Assembly: GCA_029851085.1 (NCBI GenBank)
Contig: CP100318.1
Span: 120,001-152,000 of the forward strand
DNA from: Candidatus Saccharimonadota bacterium
Lineage (GTDB): Bacteria > Bacteroidota > Bacteroidia > Flavobacteriales > Blattabacteriaceae
Direction: 5' to 3'
Length of the DNA: 32,000 bases
Part shown: piece after piece, positions 1 to 9,436 of the stretch
Numbering within the stretch: the stretch's first letter is position 1
How the letters are laid out: each line of letters opens with the position of its first letter
Program-made: the position numbers and the translations under genes
Notes under the pieces: model-generated
Seen by the model: only the letters and a program-made list of their open reading frames with translations
Told to the model about the DNA's origin: nothing
The model's database searches: none

Positions 1-1
1 T

Positions 2-1372
2 ATTCCAGTTGATACTATTTTAATTGATGGTTTAGCAATGATTGATAATAGTTTCATAACAGGAGAATCTAGATTAATTTCAAAAGAAATTGGAAATAAA
101 ATTTATGCCGGTGGTAAACAAAAAGGAGAATCAATAATATTAAAAGTTATTAAAGAAGTAAATCAAAGTTATTTAAATTGTTTATGGACTAAAAAATCTT
201 ATACTAAAAAAGTATTAATGTATAATATTATTAATATATGGGCTCGTTATTTTACATTAATTATTATATTTATTTCATTAATAACTGGAATATATTGGTA
301 TATTTTAGATCCTTCTAAAATATATCAAACAATATGTTCAGTATTGATTGTAGCATGTCCTTGTGCATTAGCTATTTCATATCCTTTTACTTTAGGTAAT
401 ATTATGCGTATTCTAGGAAAACAAGGAATTTTTGTTAAAGATATTTATACTATTGAACGTATATCTAATATAACAACATTAGTTTTTGATAAAACCGGCA
501 CAATTACTGAAACAGATAAAACAAAAATTTTTTTTATAGGAAAAAAATTGAATAATGATGAAATTATATATATAATTTCATTATTAAAAAATTCAAAACA
601 TCCTTTAAGTAAAATGCTTTATGAACATTTATATACTCCTGGACAAAAATTTTTTTCAATAAAATTTTTTGAAGAAATTCCTGGAAAAGGTTTAAAAGCA
701 GTTATTAATGGAATAATAATAAAAATTGGATCAATAAATTATATAAATCCATCAAAAATAAAAAAAATAGAAAAGCAAACAAAAGTATTTGTTTCTATAG
801 GATCAAAAATATTAGGTTATTTTTTATTTCGTAATAAATATCGTGAAGGAATACAAAAAATGTTTAATCAATTAATTAATTATGATATTCATATTTTATC
901 AGGAGATAATAATTCTGAACAATCGTATATAAATTATTTTTTACCTAAAAACAAAATTTATTTTTTTCAAAGTCCAGAATCTAAACTTAATTATATTATT
1001 AATCTTCAAAAAAAAGGAAAAAAAGTTATGATGTTAGGTGACGGTATTAACGATATTGGAGCTTTAAAACAAAGTGAAGTAGGTATTGCCATATTTGAAA
1101 ATTCAAATAATTTTTATCCTAGTTGTGATGTTTTAATAGAGGGAAAAAACATTACTAAAATTCCTTATATTTTAAAATTCTCAAAATTAGGTATACGTAT
1201 AGTTTTATTAAGTTTTATAATTAGTATTATATATAATATAATAGGATTAAGTTTTGCAATTAACGGTTATATAAAACCTATTATTATAGCTATACTTATG
1301 CCCATTAGTTCATTATCAGTTATAATATTTACAATATTATCTACATGGATAGTAAATAAAAAAATTAAATAA
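2..1372 (+). CDS. ccoI: P1B-type heavy-metal (copper) translocating ATPase, CcoI/FixI-like; the 5' end lies outside the window
   Basis: The frame is open from nt 2 (IPVDTILIDGLAMIDNSFITGES, actuator-domain motif). It has the CPC transmembrane metal site (VACPCALAISYP), the phosphorylation motif DKTGTIT and the hinge GDGINDIGAL. It sits directly upstream of ccoS-ccoNO-ccoQ-ccoP. Confidence 0.9.
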   Translation: MPVDTILIDGLAMIDNSFITGESRLISKEIGNKIYAGGKQKGESIILKVIKEVNQSYLNCLWTKKSYTKKVLMYNIINIWARYFTLIIIFISLITGIYWYILDPSKIYQTICSVLIVACPCALAISYPFTLGNIMRILGKQGIFVKDIYTIERISNITTLVFDKTGTITETDKTKIFFIGKKLNNDEIIYIISLLKNSKHPLSKMLYEHLYTPGQKFFSIKFFEEIPGKGLKAVINGIIIKIGSINYINPSKIKKIEKQTKVFVSIGSKILGYFLFRNKYREGIQKMFNQLINYDIHILSGDNNSEQSYINYFLPKNKIYFFQSPESKLNYIINLQKKGKKVMMLGDGINDIGALKQSEVGIAIFENSNNFYPSCDVLIEGKNITKIPYILKFSKLGIRIVLLSFIISIIYNIIGLSFAINGYIKPIIIAILMPISSLSVIIFTILSTWIVNKKIK

Positions 1373-1403
1373 TTTTATTTATATTATTTAATTTATAATT
1401 GTT

Positions 1404-1544
1404 ATGGATGTATTACTTTTAATGATACCATCTAGTATTTTTTTAGGTGTTTTATTTCTTATAATGTTTATTAATAGTGTATATACTGGACAATTTGATG
1501 ATATTGATTCACAAGCTATACGTATATTACTTGACGATAAATAA
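1404..1544 (+). CDS. ccoS: CcoS/FixS cbb3 oxidase maturation protein (46 aa; below the ORF-track size cut-off)
   Basis: Hand translation: MDVLLLMIPSSIFLGVLFLIMFINSVYTGQFDDIDSQAIRILLDDK*. It has one TM helix followed by the family-typical GQFDD...RILLDD tail. It lies between the Cu-ATPase and ccoNO, as in other cbb3 loci. Confidence 0.85.
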   Translation: MDVLLLMIPSSIFLGVLFLIMFINSVYTGQFDDIDSQAIRILLDDK

Positions 1545-1555
1545 TTAATTTTTAA

Positions 1556-3742
1556 ATGCAAATACAAAAATTTTATTACGATAATAAAATCGTTAAATCA
1601 TTTTTATATGCTACCATATTATGGGGTATAATAGGATTTATTGCTGGATTAACAATAGCTTTATTATTATTTAATCCTGATATACCAGAATTAATTTTAG
1701 GAAAAAATTTAAAATTTTCTAATGGTATATTAGGATTTGGTAGATTACGAGCATTACATACTACAACAGCTATTTTTGCTTTTATTGGAAATATAATATT
1801 TGCAGGATCATATTATTCATTACAACGATTATTAAAAACAAGAATGTATAGTGATTTTTTGAGTTTGCTACATTTTTGGGGTTGGCAATTATTTATTGTA
1901 CTATCTTGGATAACATTTTTAATGGGAATTAATACAAGTAAAGAATATGCAGAACATGAATGGCCTTTAGATATAATGATAACTTTAGTTTGGCTAATAT
2001 ATGGTATTAATATGATAGGAACAATTTTGAATAGACGAGTTAAACATCTTTATGTATCTATTTGGTTTTACATAAGTACATGGACAGCTATGATAATGTT
2101 ACATATTTTAAATAATCTTGAATTGCCTATATCTTTAACTTCATTTAAAAGTTATTCAATTTATGCTGGCGTACAAGATGCATTAATACAATGGTGGTAT
2201 GGACATAATGCAGTAGCATTTATTTTAACTACACCTATTTTAGGATTAATGTATTATTTTATTCCTAAAGCATCAGGAAAACCAGTTTTTTCTTATAGAC
2301 TTTCTATAATACATTTTTGGTCTTTAATATTTATTTATATATGGGCAGGCCCTCATCATCTAATTTATACTTCTTTACCTGGTTGGGCACAAGCATTAGG
2401 AACAGTATTTTCTATAATGCTTTTAGCACCTTCATGGGGTGGAATGTTAAATGGTTTATTAACCTTAAGAGGATCTAATGTTAAAAAAAATCCAATACTA
2501 AAATTTTTTGTTGTATCGGTTATATGTTATGGTATGGCGACTTTTGAGGGTCCTCTTTTAGCAACTAAAACATTAAATTCTATTGTACATTTTACTGATT
2601 GGATTGTTGCTCATGCACATTTAGGTACTTTAGGATGGAATGGGTTTATGACTTTTGGTATAATATACTGGTTAATAGAAAAATTATGGAATACTAAATT
2701 ATTTTCATTAAAATTAGCTAATATCCATTTTTGGATGGGAACATTAGGTATAGTATTATATATTATGCCTATGTATTTTGGATCTGTAAAACAAGCAGAA
2801 ATATTAAAAGCATTTAAACTAGACGGTACTCTTCTTCATAAAAATTTTATTGATTCTGTTATTGCTTTAAAACCTTTTTATATTGTAAGATTTATTGGAG
2901 GTAGTCTATATCTAATAGGAGCATTTATTATGATATATAATATATATAAAACTATACAAAAAGGATATTTTATTAATAATGAAATGACTGAAGCACCTAC
3001 TTTATTAAAATCATCATATCATAATAAATACTTTCATAATTTGCTTGAACGTAAACCTATTCAAATGACAATTTTATCGCTAATTGTAGTAGCTATTGGG
3101 GGAATAATAGAAATTATACCTACATTAGTAATAAAATCTAATATTCCTATTATAAAAAATGTTAAACCTTATACTCCTCTTGAATTAGAAGGAAGAGATA
3201 TATATATAAAAGAAAATTGTAATAGTTGCCATAGTCAACAAATACGTCCATTTAGAGATGAAGTAGTTCGTTATGGAGAATATTCTAAAGCAGGAGAATT
3301 TATATATGATCATCCATTTTTATGGGGTTCAAAACGTACTGGTCCTGATTTATCACGAGAAGGTGGAAAAAATCCAAGTTCATGGCATTATAAACATATG
3401 TTAAATCCACGTTCAACATCACCTAATTCTATTATGCCTAAATATCCATGGTTAATATTTAATGAATTAGATAGATCTAATATACAAAATAAAATGAAAA
3501 CATTGGTAAAATTGGGTGTACCATATACAAAAGAAGAAATAAAAAATGCATATAAAGATATGGATATACAATCCAATAAAATTGTATTAGATATATATAA
3601 TGAAGCTACTGAAATAAAAAAAGAAATAAATATTCAAAAACAACAAAAAGGTTCTAAATTTATTCCTTTAGAAAAAAGAGAAATTATTGCTTTAATAGCT
3701 TATTTACAACGTCTTGGAAAAGATATAAAAATTGAAAATTAA
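1556..3742 (+). CDS. ccoNO: cbb3-type cytochrome c oxidase, fused subunits I+II (CcoN-CcoO)
   Basis: 728 aa. The N-terminal part is a multi-TM heme-copper oxidase subunit I (WWYGHNAVAF, GPHHLIYT, VAHAHLG). The C-terminal ~230 aa has a TM anchor plus a single heme-c site CNSCH (CcoO). The N-O fusion is typical of Bacteroidota. Confidence 0.93.
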   Translation: MQIQKFYYDNKIVKSFLYATILWGIIGFIAGLTIALLLFNPDIPELILGKNLKFSNGILGFGRLRALHTTTAIFAFIGNIIFAGSYYSLQRLLKTRMYSDFLSLLHFWGWQLFIVLSWITFLMGINTSKEYAEHEWPLDIMITLVWLIYGINMIGTILNRRVKHLYVSIWFYISTWTAMIMLHILNNLELPISLTSFKSYSIYAGVQDALIQWWYGHNAVAFILTTPILGLMYYFIPKASGKPVFSYRLSIIHFWSLIFIYIWAGPHHLIYTSLPGWAQALGTVFSIMLLAPSWGGMLNGLLTLRGSNVKKNPILKFFVVSVICYGMATFEGPLLATKTLNSIVHFTDWIVAHAHLGTLGWNGFMTFGIIYWLIEKLWNTKLFSLKLANIHFWMGTLGIVLYIMPMYFGSVKQAEILKAFKLDGTLLHKNFIDSVIALKPFYIVRFIGGSLYLIGAFIMIYNIYKTIQKGYFINNEMTEAPTLLKSSYHNKYFHNLLERKPIQMTILSLIVVAIGGIIEIIPTLVIKSNIPIIKNVKPYTPLELEGRDIYIKENCNSCHSQQIRPFRDEVVRYGEYSKAGEFIYDHPFLWGSKRTGPDLSREGGKNPSSWHYKHMLNPRSTSPNSIMPKYPWLIFNELDRSNIQNKMKTLVKLGVPYTKEEIKNAYKDMDIQSNKIVLDIYNEATEIKKEINIQKQQKGSKFIPLEKREIIALIAYLQRLGKDIKIEN

Positions 3743-3743
3743 T

Positions 3744-3905
3744 ATGATTATTTATTTTAAACAATATCTTTCAAAATATATTATGATTCAATCAATAATT
3801 TTATTATTTTTCTTTTTGATATTTTGTTTTATAATTTTTATAGTCTATAGAAAATCTAAAATTTATTATAAAGGTATTTCTAATATTCCATTAGATAAAA
3901 ATTAA
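3744..3905 (+). CDS. ccoQ: CcoQ/FixQ-like small membrane subunit of cbb3 oxidase (53 aa; not in the ORF track)
   Basis: Hand translation: MIIYFKQYLSKYIMIQSIILLFFFLIFCFIIFIVYRKSKIYYKGISNIPLDKN*. It has a single TM helix and a short polar tail ending IPLD, as I recall for flavobacterial CcoQ. The ATG is 1 nt after the ccoNO stop and the ORF ends 4 nt before ccoP. Confidence 0.75.
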   Translation: MIIYFKQYLSKYIMIQSIILLFFFLIFCFIIFIVYRKSKIYYKGISNIPLDKN

Positions 3906-3909
3906 ATTT

Positions 3910-4773
3910 ATGAAACCTAGAATACCTTATTTTATAAATATTATTTTTACACTATCACTTGTAATTATTACCTTGTTTATATTTACAAATGGTAAATTTT
4001 TTTATAATCCTATAACTATTAGTATATTTATTATTATAATAATACTCTTATTAATATTAGAAACATTAAATAGTATAATATATAATCAAAAATTAAAATT
4101 TCTTTCAGAAAAAGAAAGATCTATACTTATAAAAAAAAATAGTGAAAATTATTTCATTAGATTATATAAAACAGGTTTTTGTAATCCTTCTAATGAAGAT
4201 AAAATAGAAAAAATTGATCACGGATTTGATGGAATTATTGAAATGGATAATGAAATACCTAAATGGTGGATATATATTTTTTATTTAACTATTATTATTT
4301 CAATAAATTATATTTCTGCATATTTTATAACAGATTTTGCTCATCCTTATAAAGAATATGAATTAGCTTATAATAAACAATTATCAGAAATTACTTCATA
4401 TGAAAAAATACGTCCTCAAGCAACTATAAAAACTGCAATTTTTAAAAAAGAATTAATAAATGAAGGAAAAAAATTATTTGATGAAAATTGTGCAACTTGT
4501 CATAATTATGATGGTAGTGGTAATATAGGTCCTAATCTTACAGATGATTATTGGATCAATAAAGAAAAAGATGATCTTTTTAAAAATATATTTTATATTC
4601 TATGGAATGGAAGTAAAAATAATCCTACTATGCGAGCTTTCGGAGCTTTGGGAGAAATTAAAGGGAATGATTTGGAAAAAATTGCTAGTTATGTTTATTT
4701 TATAAATAAAAATGCTAAAACCCCCCAAAATGGAAAATTACCTGAAGGAAAAAAAATTATTTGGAATAAATAA
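3910..4773 (+). CDS. ccoP: cbb3-type cytochrome c oxidase subunit III (CcoP), apparently mono-heme
   Basis: It has N-terminal TM segments and the CcoP N-terminal motif DGIIEMDNEIPKWW. There is one heme-c site, CATCH, with a distal Met in PTMRAFG. No second CxxCH is visible in the 287 aa. Confidence 0.85.
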   Translation: MKPRIPYFINIIFTLSLVIITLFIFTNGKFFYNPITISIFIIIIILLLILETLNSIIYNQKLKFLSEKERSILIKKNSENYFIRLYKTGFCNPSNEDKIEKIDHGFDGIIEMDNEIPKWWIYIFYLTIIISINYISAYFITDFAHPYKEYELAYNKQLSEITSYEKIRPQATIKTAIFKKELINEGKKLFDENCATCHNYDGSGNIGPNLTDDYWINKEKDDLFKNIFYILWNGSKNNPTMRAFGALGEIKGNDLEKIASYVYFINKNAKTPQNGKLPEGKKIIWNK

Positions 4774-5206
4774 TTTTTTAATTATATGTGTATTAATTAG
4801 TTTTATTATATTTATAATATATATAGCATTTTTTAAATCAAATATTACCAGTGAATTAATTTCAGATAATTATTATGAAGAAGAAATGAAATATCAAGAA
4901 ATTATTGATGAGTGTAAAAATACAGCTAATTTATCTCAAAAAATTAATATAAAAACTATATCTAATGGTATTAAAATATGTTTTCCTGAAATTTTCAATT
5001 TCAAAAATACTAAAGGTAATATAATTTTATTAAGACCATCTAATAAGAAATTAGATAGTTATCAACTATTAAAATTAAATTCACAAAGAGAAACTTTAAT
5101 ACCTGCAAATATATTAAAAACAGGATTTTACCAACTTATATTACGTTGGAATTCAAATGGAAAAAAATATTGTTTAAAAACATATATAAAATGGAATCCT
5201 AATTAA
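4730..5206 (+). CDS. FixH family protein (cbb3 oxidase biogenesis associated)
   Basis: It has an N-terminal TM helix (FLIICVLISFIIFIIYIAFF) followed by DNYYEEEMKYQEIID and a beta-rich domain (ILLRPSNKKLD...), matching the flavobacterial FixH layout. The start is uncertain: the ATGs at 4712 and 4730 both overlap the ccoP 3' end, by 62 or 44 nt. Confidence 0.7.
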   Translation: MENYLKEKKLFGINNFLIICVLISFIIFIIYIAFFKSNITSELISDNYYEEEMKYQEIIDECKNTANLSQKINIKTISNGIKICFPEIFNFKNTKGNIILLRPSNKKLDSYQLLKLNSQRETLIPANILKTGFYQLILRWNSNGKKYCLKTYIKWNPN

Positions 5207-5208
5207 AC

Positions 5209-6480
5209 ATGAATAAAAATAAATTTTATAAAGAATCTCTAAATTATCATAGAAAATTTCCATCTGGAAAAATACAAATATATCCAACTAAAGATTATAA
5301 TACTCAACATAATTTATCTTTAGCATATTCACCTGGTGTAGCAGCACCTTGCTATGAAATTCTAAAAAACCCTAAAACAGTATATAATTATACCTCAAAA
5401 GGTAATTTGGTAGGAGTAATTACTAATGGTACTGCTGTATTAGGACTAGGAAAAATAGGACCATTAGCATCTAAACCTGTAATGGAAGGTAAAGCTATTT
5501 TATTCAAAATTTTTTCTGGTATAGATGCATACGATATAGAAATTAATGAATATAATCCAAAAAAAATTATTCAAATAATAAAAGCTATATCTCCTACATT
5601 TGGAGGAATAATTTTAGAGGATATTAAAGCACCAGAAGCATTTGAAATAGAAAATATTCTTCAAGAAGAACTAGATATTCCTATAATGCATGATGATCAA
5701 CATGGTACTGCTATTATTTCAGGAGCTGCATTGCTTAATGCTATAGAATTAGTTAATAAAAAAATTGAAAATATTAAAATGGTTATTAATGGCGCTGGTG
5801 CAGCTGCTATTTCTTGTGCACGTATTTATAAAAAATTGGGAGTAAAAAATATAATAATGTGTGATAGTCATGGTGTTATTAATAATAAACGTACAGATAT
5901 AAATCAAGAAAAAAAAGAATTTTCTGTAAAAACTTCTATGAAAACTTTATCAGAAGCAATTAAAGATTCTGATATATTTATAGGTTTATCAGTGAAAAAT
6001 ATATTAAGTACTGATATGTTAAAAAGTATGGCTAAAAATCCTATAGTATTTGCTCTTGCCAATCCTGATCCAGAAATAGAATATAATTTAGCTATAAAAA
6101 CTCGTAATGATTTGATTATAGCTACAGGAAGAAGTGATTATCCTAATCAAGTTAATAATGTTCTTGGTTTTCCTTATATTTTTAGAGGAGCATTAGATGT
6201 TCAAGCAAAAAAAATTAATGAAGAAATGAAATTAGCTGCTATAAAATCTATAGCTTTATTAACTAAAGAACCTGATGAATACATTAATTTATTATACAAT
6301 AAACAATTATCTTTTAATAAAGAATACATTATACCTAAACCTTTTGATAAACGTTTAATTACACATGTATCTAAAGCTGTTGCTAAAGCAGCAATGGAGA
6401 CTGGAGTAGCAAGACATAATATTACTAATTGGGATAATTATCAAAAACAATTAATTGATAGAATTAAGAATTTTAGGTAA
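5209..6480 (+). CDS. maeB: NAD(P)-dependent malic enzyme (malic-enzyme domains only, no phosphotransacetylase-like domain)
   Basis: 423 aa. Motifs: LSLAYSPGVA, VITNGTAVLGLGKIG, ILEDIKAPEAF, HDDQHGTA, and the Rossmann motif INGAGAAA. Confidence 0.9.
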   Translation: MNKNKFYKESLNYHRKFPSGKIQIYPTKDYNTQHNLSLAYSPGVAAPCYEILKNPKTVYNYTSKGNLVGVITNGTAVLGLGKIGPLASKPVMEGKAILFKIFSGIDAYDIEINEYNPKKIIQIIKAISPTFGGIILEDIKAPEAFEIENILQEELDIPIMHDDQHGTAIISGAALLNAIELVNKKIENIKMVINGAGAAAISCARIYKKLGVKNIIMCDSHGVINNKRTDINQEKKEFSVKTSMKTLSEAIKDSDIFIGLSVKNILSTDMLKSMAKNPIVFALANPDPEIEYNLAIKTRNDLIIATGRSDYPNQVNNVLGFPYIFRGALDVQAKKINEEMKLAAIKSIALLTKEPDEYINLLYNKQLSFNKEYIIPKPFDKRLITHVSKAVAKAAMETGVARHNITNWDNYQKQLIDRIKNFR

Positions 6481-6485
6481 AAAAT

Positions 6486-7757
6486 TTAAATTACTTTAAT
6501 AACAAAAAATTTTTTTTTACTTATTTGTATTAAAATAAAACGTTCATCAATTAAATCATGGGTTGTTAAACACAAATTTTCATATATAATAGTTTTATTA
6601 ACCAATATAGCTTTGCTATGAATAAGACGATAAACTGCATTTTTTGATGATAAAAAATTACTTAATGTTACTAACACATCAACAATTGTAATTCCTTTTT
6701 CTAAAAATTCTTTATTTATTTCTAAATGAGGAACTCCATTAAAAATAGATAAATCTTTATTTATTTTTTTTAATTCATCTATATTTTTACTAAATAGTAT
6801 TTCAGAAGTATTAACAGCTTTTTCATAAGCCTTATTTCCATGTATCCATTTTGTTATTTCAGAAGCTATTTTTTTTTGTAATAGTCTTTTATTAGGTGAT
6901 TGTCTATGCTTTATAATTAATTGTTCAATTTCAAACTTAGATAAAAAAGTATAATATTTTATAAATTTTTCAGCTTCATTATCTGATATATTTAACCAAA
7001 ATTGATAAAATTTATAAGGTGAAGTACGTTTAGGATTAAGCCAAATATTCGTTCCTTTTTGAGTTTTACCTAATTTACTACCATCATTTTTAGTGATTAA
7101 TGGAACAGTTAATCCATAAGCTATTCCTGATAATTTTTTTTTAATCAACTCTATACCAGTAATAATGTTTCCCCATTGATCAGATCCACCTATTTGTAAT
7201 AAACAATTTTTTGTTTTATAAAGATAAAAAAAATCATATCCTTGAATTAATTGATAAGTAAATTCAGTAAAAGACATTCCATTACAATTATTTAAACGTT
7301 TTTTAACATAATCTTTAGCTATCATATAATTAATTGTAATATATTTACCAATATTACGTACAAAATTTAGAAATGAAATATTTTTGATCCAATCATAATT
7401 ATTAAGTAATTTAATTCTACCATTAGGATAAATATCTAAAAAATTATATAACTGACTTTTAATACTATTAATATTATATTCTATAATATTATTATCCAAT
7501 AATTGTCTCTCAGTATTTTTATCTGAAGGATCTCCAATCAGAGCTGTAGCTCCACCTATAATAATTAAAGGATTATGACCAGCATTTTTAAAGTGAATCA
7601 AAATTGAAATAGGAATAAGATTACCAATATGTAATGAATCTGATGTAGGGTCCAATCCAGTATAAAGTGTTATTTTATTGTTTTCTATAGAAAATATTCC
7701 TGGTGTACAATTTTGTATTAAACCTCTCCAAGTAAGTTCATTTAATATTTTTTTCAT
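6486..7757 (-). CDS. tyrS: Tyrosine--tRNA ligase
   Basis: Class I HIGH variant (DSLHIGNLIP), KMSKS variant (SKLGKT), N-terminal LTWRGLI and a C-terminal S4-like domain. The start overlaps the tatD stop (ATGA). Confidence 0.93.
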   Translation of the reverse strand: MKKILNELTWRGLIQNCTPGIFSIENNKITLYTGLDPTSDSLHIGNLIPISILIHFKNAGHNPLIIIGGATALIGDPSDKNTERQLLDNNIIEYNINSIKSQLYNFLDIYPNGRIKLLNNYDWIKNISFLNFVRNIGKYITINYMIAKDYVKKRLNNCNGMSFTEFTYQLIQGYDFFYLYKTKNCLLQIGGSDQWGNIITGIELIKKKLSGIAYGLTVPLITKNDGSKLGKTQKGTNIWLNPKRTSPYKFYQFWLNISDNEAEKFIKYYTFLSKFEIEQLIIKHRQSPNKRLLQKKIASEITKWIHGNKAYEKAVNTSEILFSKNIDELKKINKDLSIFNGVPHLEINKEFLEKGITIVDVLVTLSNFLSSKNAVYRLIHSKAILVNKTIIYENLCLTTHDLIDERFILIQISKKKFFVIKVI

Positions 7758-8527
7758 ATAAATATATCTGAAACATTTTTTGTTGTAATAAAAGCTATTT
7801 TTTCATCAGAAATTCCATAAATTTTAGAAATTTTATTTAAAATAAACTTTAAGTAAAATGGTTCATTTCTTTTACCTTTATAAGGTTCTGGAGTTAAATA
7901 AGGAGCATCAGTTTCCAGAACAATAGATTCTAAAGGAATTTTAGATAAAAAATTATCAATATTATTATTATTATATGTAATAATACCGCCTATTCCTAAT
8001 TTCATACCAAAATTAATAATTTTATTAGCTTGTTCTAAAGTTCCAGAAAAACAATGAAATATACCTTTTATAGTAGTAGAATTAGAATATTCTGATTCAA
8101 GAATATTAAAAATTTCATTAAAAGCTTTACGAGAATGAATTACTATAGGTAGTTTTTTTTTTTTAGCCCAAGATATTTGAGTAGAAAATGCATATTTTTG
8201 TTCCTCTAAAAATTGTTTATTTTTATGAAGGTCAATTCCAATTTCACCTATTGCAACAAAATAATGTTTATTAAGCCAATTATTAATTATATCCAATTCT
8301 AAATTTATTGTTTTAGGGTGTACATATATTGGATGTAATCCTATCATAGAAGAACATAGATTCGAATATCGTTTTTCTAATTCTAACATTGGTTTAATAG
8401 TATTATTATTAATAGAAGGAATATAAAAATGTTTAATACCAAATTTTAATCCACGTTTAATTACATTATCTATATCATTACTAAATTTTTTATCATAAAG
8501 ATGAGCATGAGTATCTATAATATTCAT
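7754..8527 (-). CDS. TatD family metal-dependent hydrolase/DNase
   Basis: 257 aa. It has the N-terminal IDTHAHL motif, then GEIGIDL, IHSR and ETDAPYL, which are TatD/YcfH signatures. Confidence 0.88.
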   Translation of the reverse strand: MNIIDTHAHLYDKKFSNDIDNVIKRGLKFGIKHFYIPSINNNTIKPMLELEKRYSNLCSSMIGLHPIYVHPKTINLELDIINNWLNKHYFVAIGEIGIDLHKNKQFLEEQKYAFSTQISWAKKKKLPIVIHSRKAFNEIFNILESEYSNSTTIKGIFHCFSGTLEQANKIINFGMKLGIGGIITYNNNNIDNFLSKIPLESIVLETDAPYLTPEPYKGKRNEPFYLKFILNKISKIYGISDEKIAFITTKNVSDIFI

Positions 8528-8551
8528 TTATTTTTAAAATTAAAATCATTT

Positions 8552-9436
8552 ATGAAAGCATACATATTTCCTGGACAAGGTTCTCAGTTTCCTGGTATGG
8601 GAATTTATTTATATAAATATTATCCTTTAGCTAGAAAATTATTTAATTTAGCTAACAAAATATTAGGATTTAATATTACAAAATATCAATTGGAAAAAAA
8701 ATATGCAAATTATTTAAATTTTACAAGAATAACTCAACCTACAATTTATATATATTCTGTTATTGCTGCAAAAATATTAAAATTAGTACCAGATATGATA
8801 GCTGGACATTCGTTAGGAGAATTTACTGCTTTAACAATAAGTGGAGTATTAGATTTTGAAACATGTTTAAATTTGGTATATAAAAGAGCATTAGCTATGG
8901 AAACAGAATGTAAAAATATTAAATCTAATATGGCAGCTATATTTGGATTGGAAGATAATTTAATTGAAAATACTTGTAAAGAAGTTTCTGGTATTGTAGT
9001 TCCTGCTAATTATAATTGTACAGGTCAATTAGTAATTTCTGGTGAAACAACAGCAATAAATAAAACTTGTGAATTATTAATATTAAAAGGAGCTAAAAAA
9101 ATAATTTTACTTCCAGTAGAAGGTGGTTTTCATTCACCTATTATGGAACCAGCAATGGATAAATTAGCTAATTATATTAGCAATATTAATTTTAATAATC
9201 CTATTTGTCCTATATATCAAAATATAAATGCTGTACCAACAAAAAATAATTTACAAATAAAAGAAAATATTATTAATCAATTAATAAATCCTGTTAAATG
9301 GAAACAATCTATAGAAAATATGATATTAAATGGTGCAAATATATTTATAGAAATAGGACCAAAAAATATTTTACAATCTTTAATAAAAAAGATTAATAAA
9401 TATGTATATACAATACATTATCAAAATGTATTTTAA
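8552..9436 (+). CDS. fabD: Malonyl CoA-ACP transacylase
   Basis: The true start is taken at MKAYIFPGQGSQFPGMG (ATG 8552). The active-site motif GHSLGE is present, as is GGFHSP. The longer tracked ORF (from 8501) would overlap the tatD 5' end. Confidence 0.92.
   Translation: MKAYIFPGQGSQFPGMGIYLYKYYPLARKLFNLANKILGFNITKYQLEKKYANYLNFTRITQPTIYIYSVIAAKILKLVPDMIAGHSLGEFTALTISGVLDFETCLNLVYKRALAMETECKNIKSNMAAIFGLEDNLIENTCKEVSGIVVPANYNCTGQLVISGETTAINKTCELLILKGAKKIILLPVEGGFHSPIMEPAMDKLANYISNINFNNPICPIYQNINAVPTKNNLQIKENIINQLINPVKWKQSIENMILNGANIFIEIGPKNILQSLIKKINKYVYTIHYQNVF

Noticed and set aside
1883-1899. tggcaattatttattgt as a sigma-54 -24/-12 promoter; other TGGCA hits at 8932, 11887 and 12973
   Set aside because: The spacing between GG and the TTG(C) element is wrong, the GC dinucleotide is missing, and all hits lie inside coding sequence.
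8501-8551. 17-codon N-terminal extension of the tracked fabD ORF
   Set aside because: The FabD N-terminus is MKAYIFPGQGSQ (ATG 8552). The extension overlaps the tatD start region on the opposite strand.
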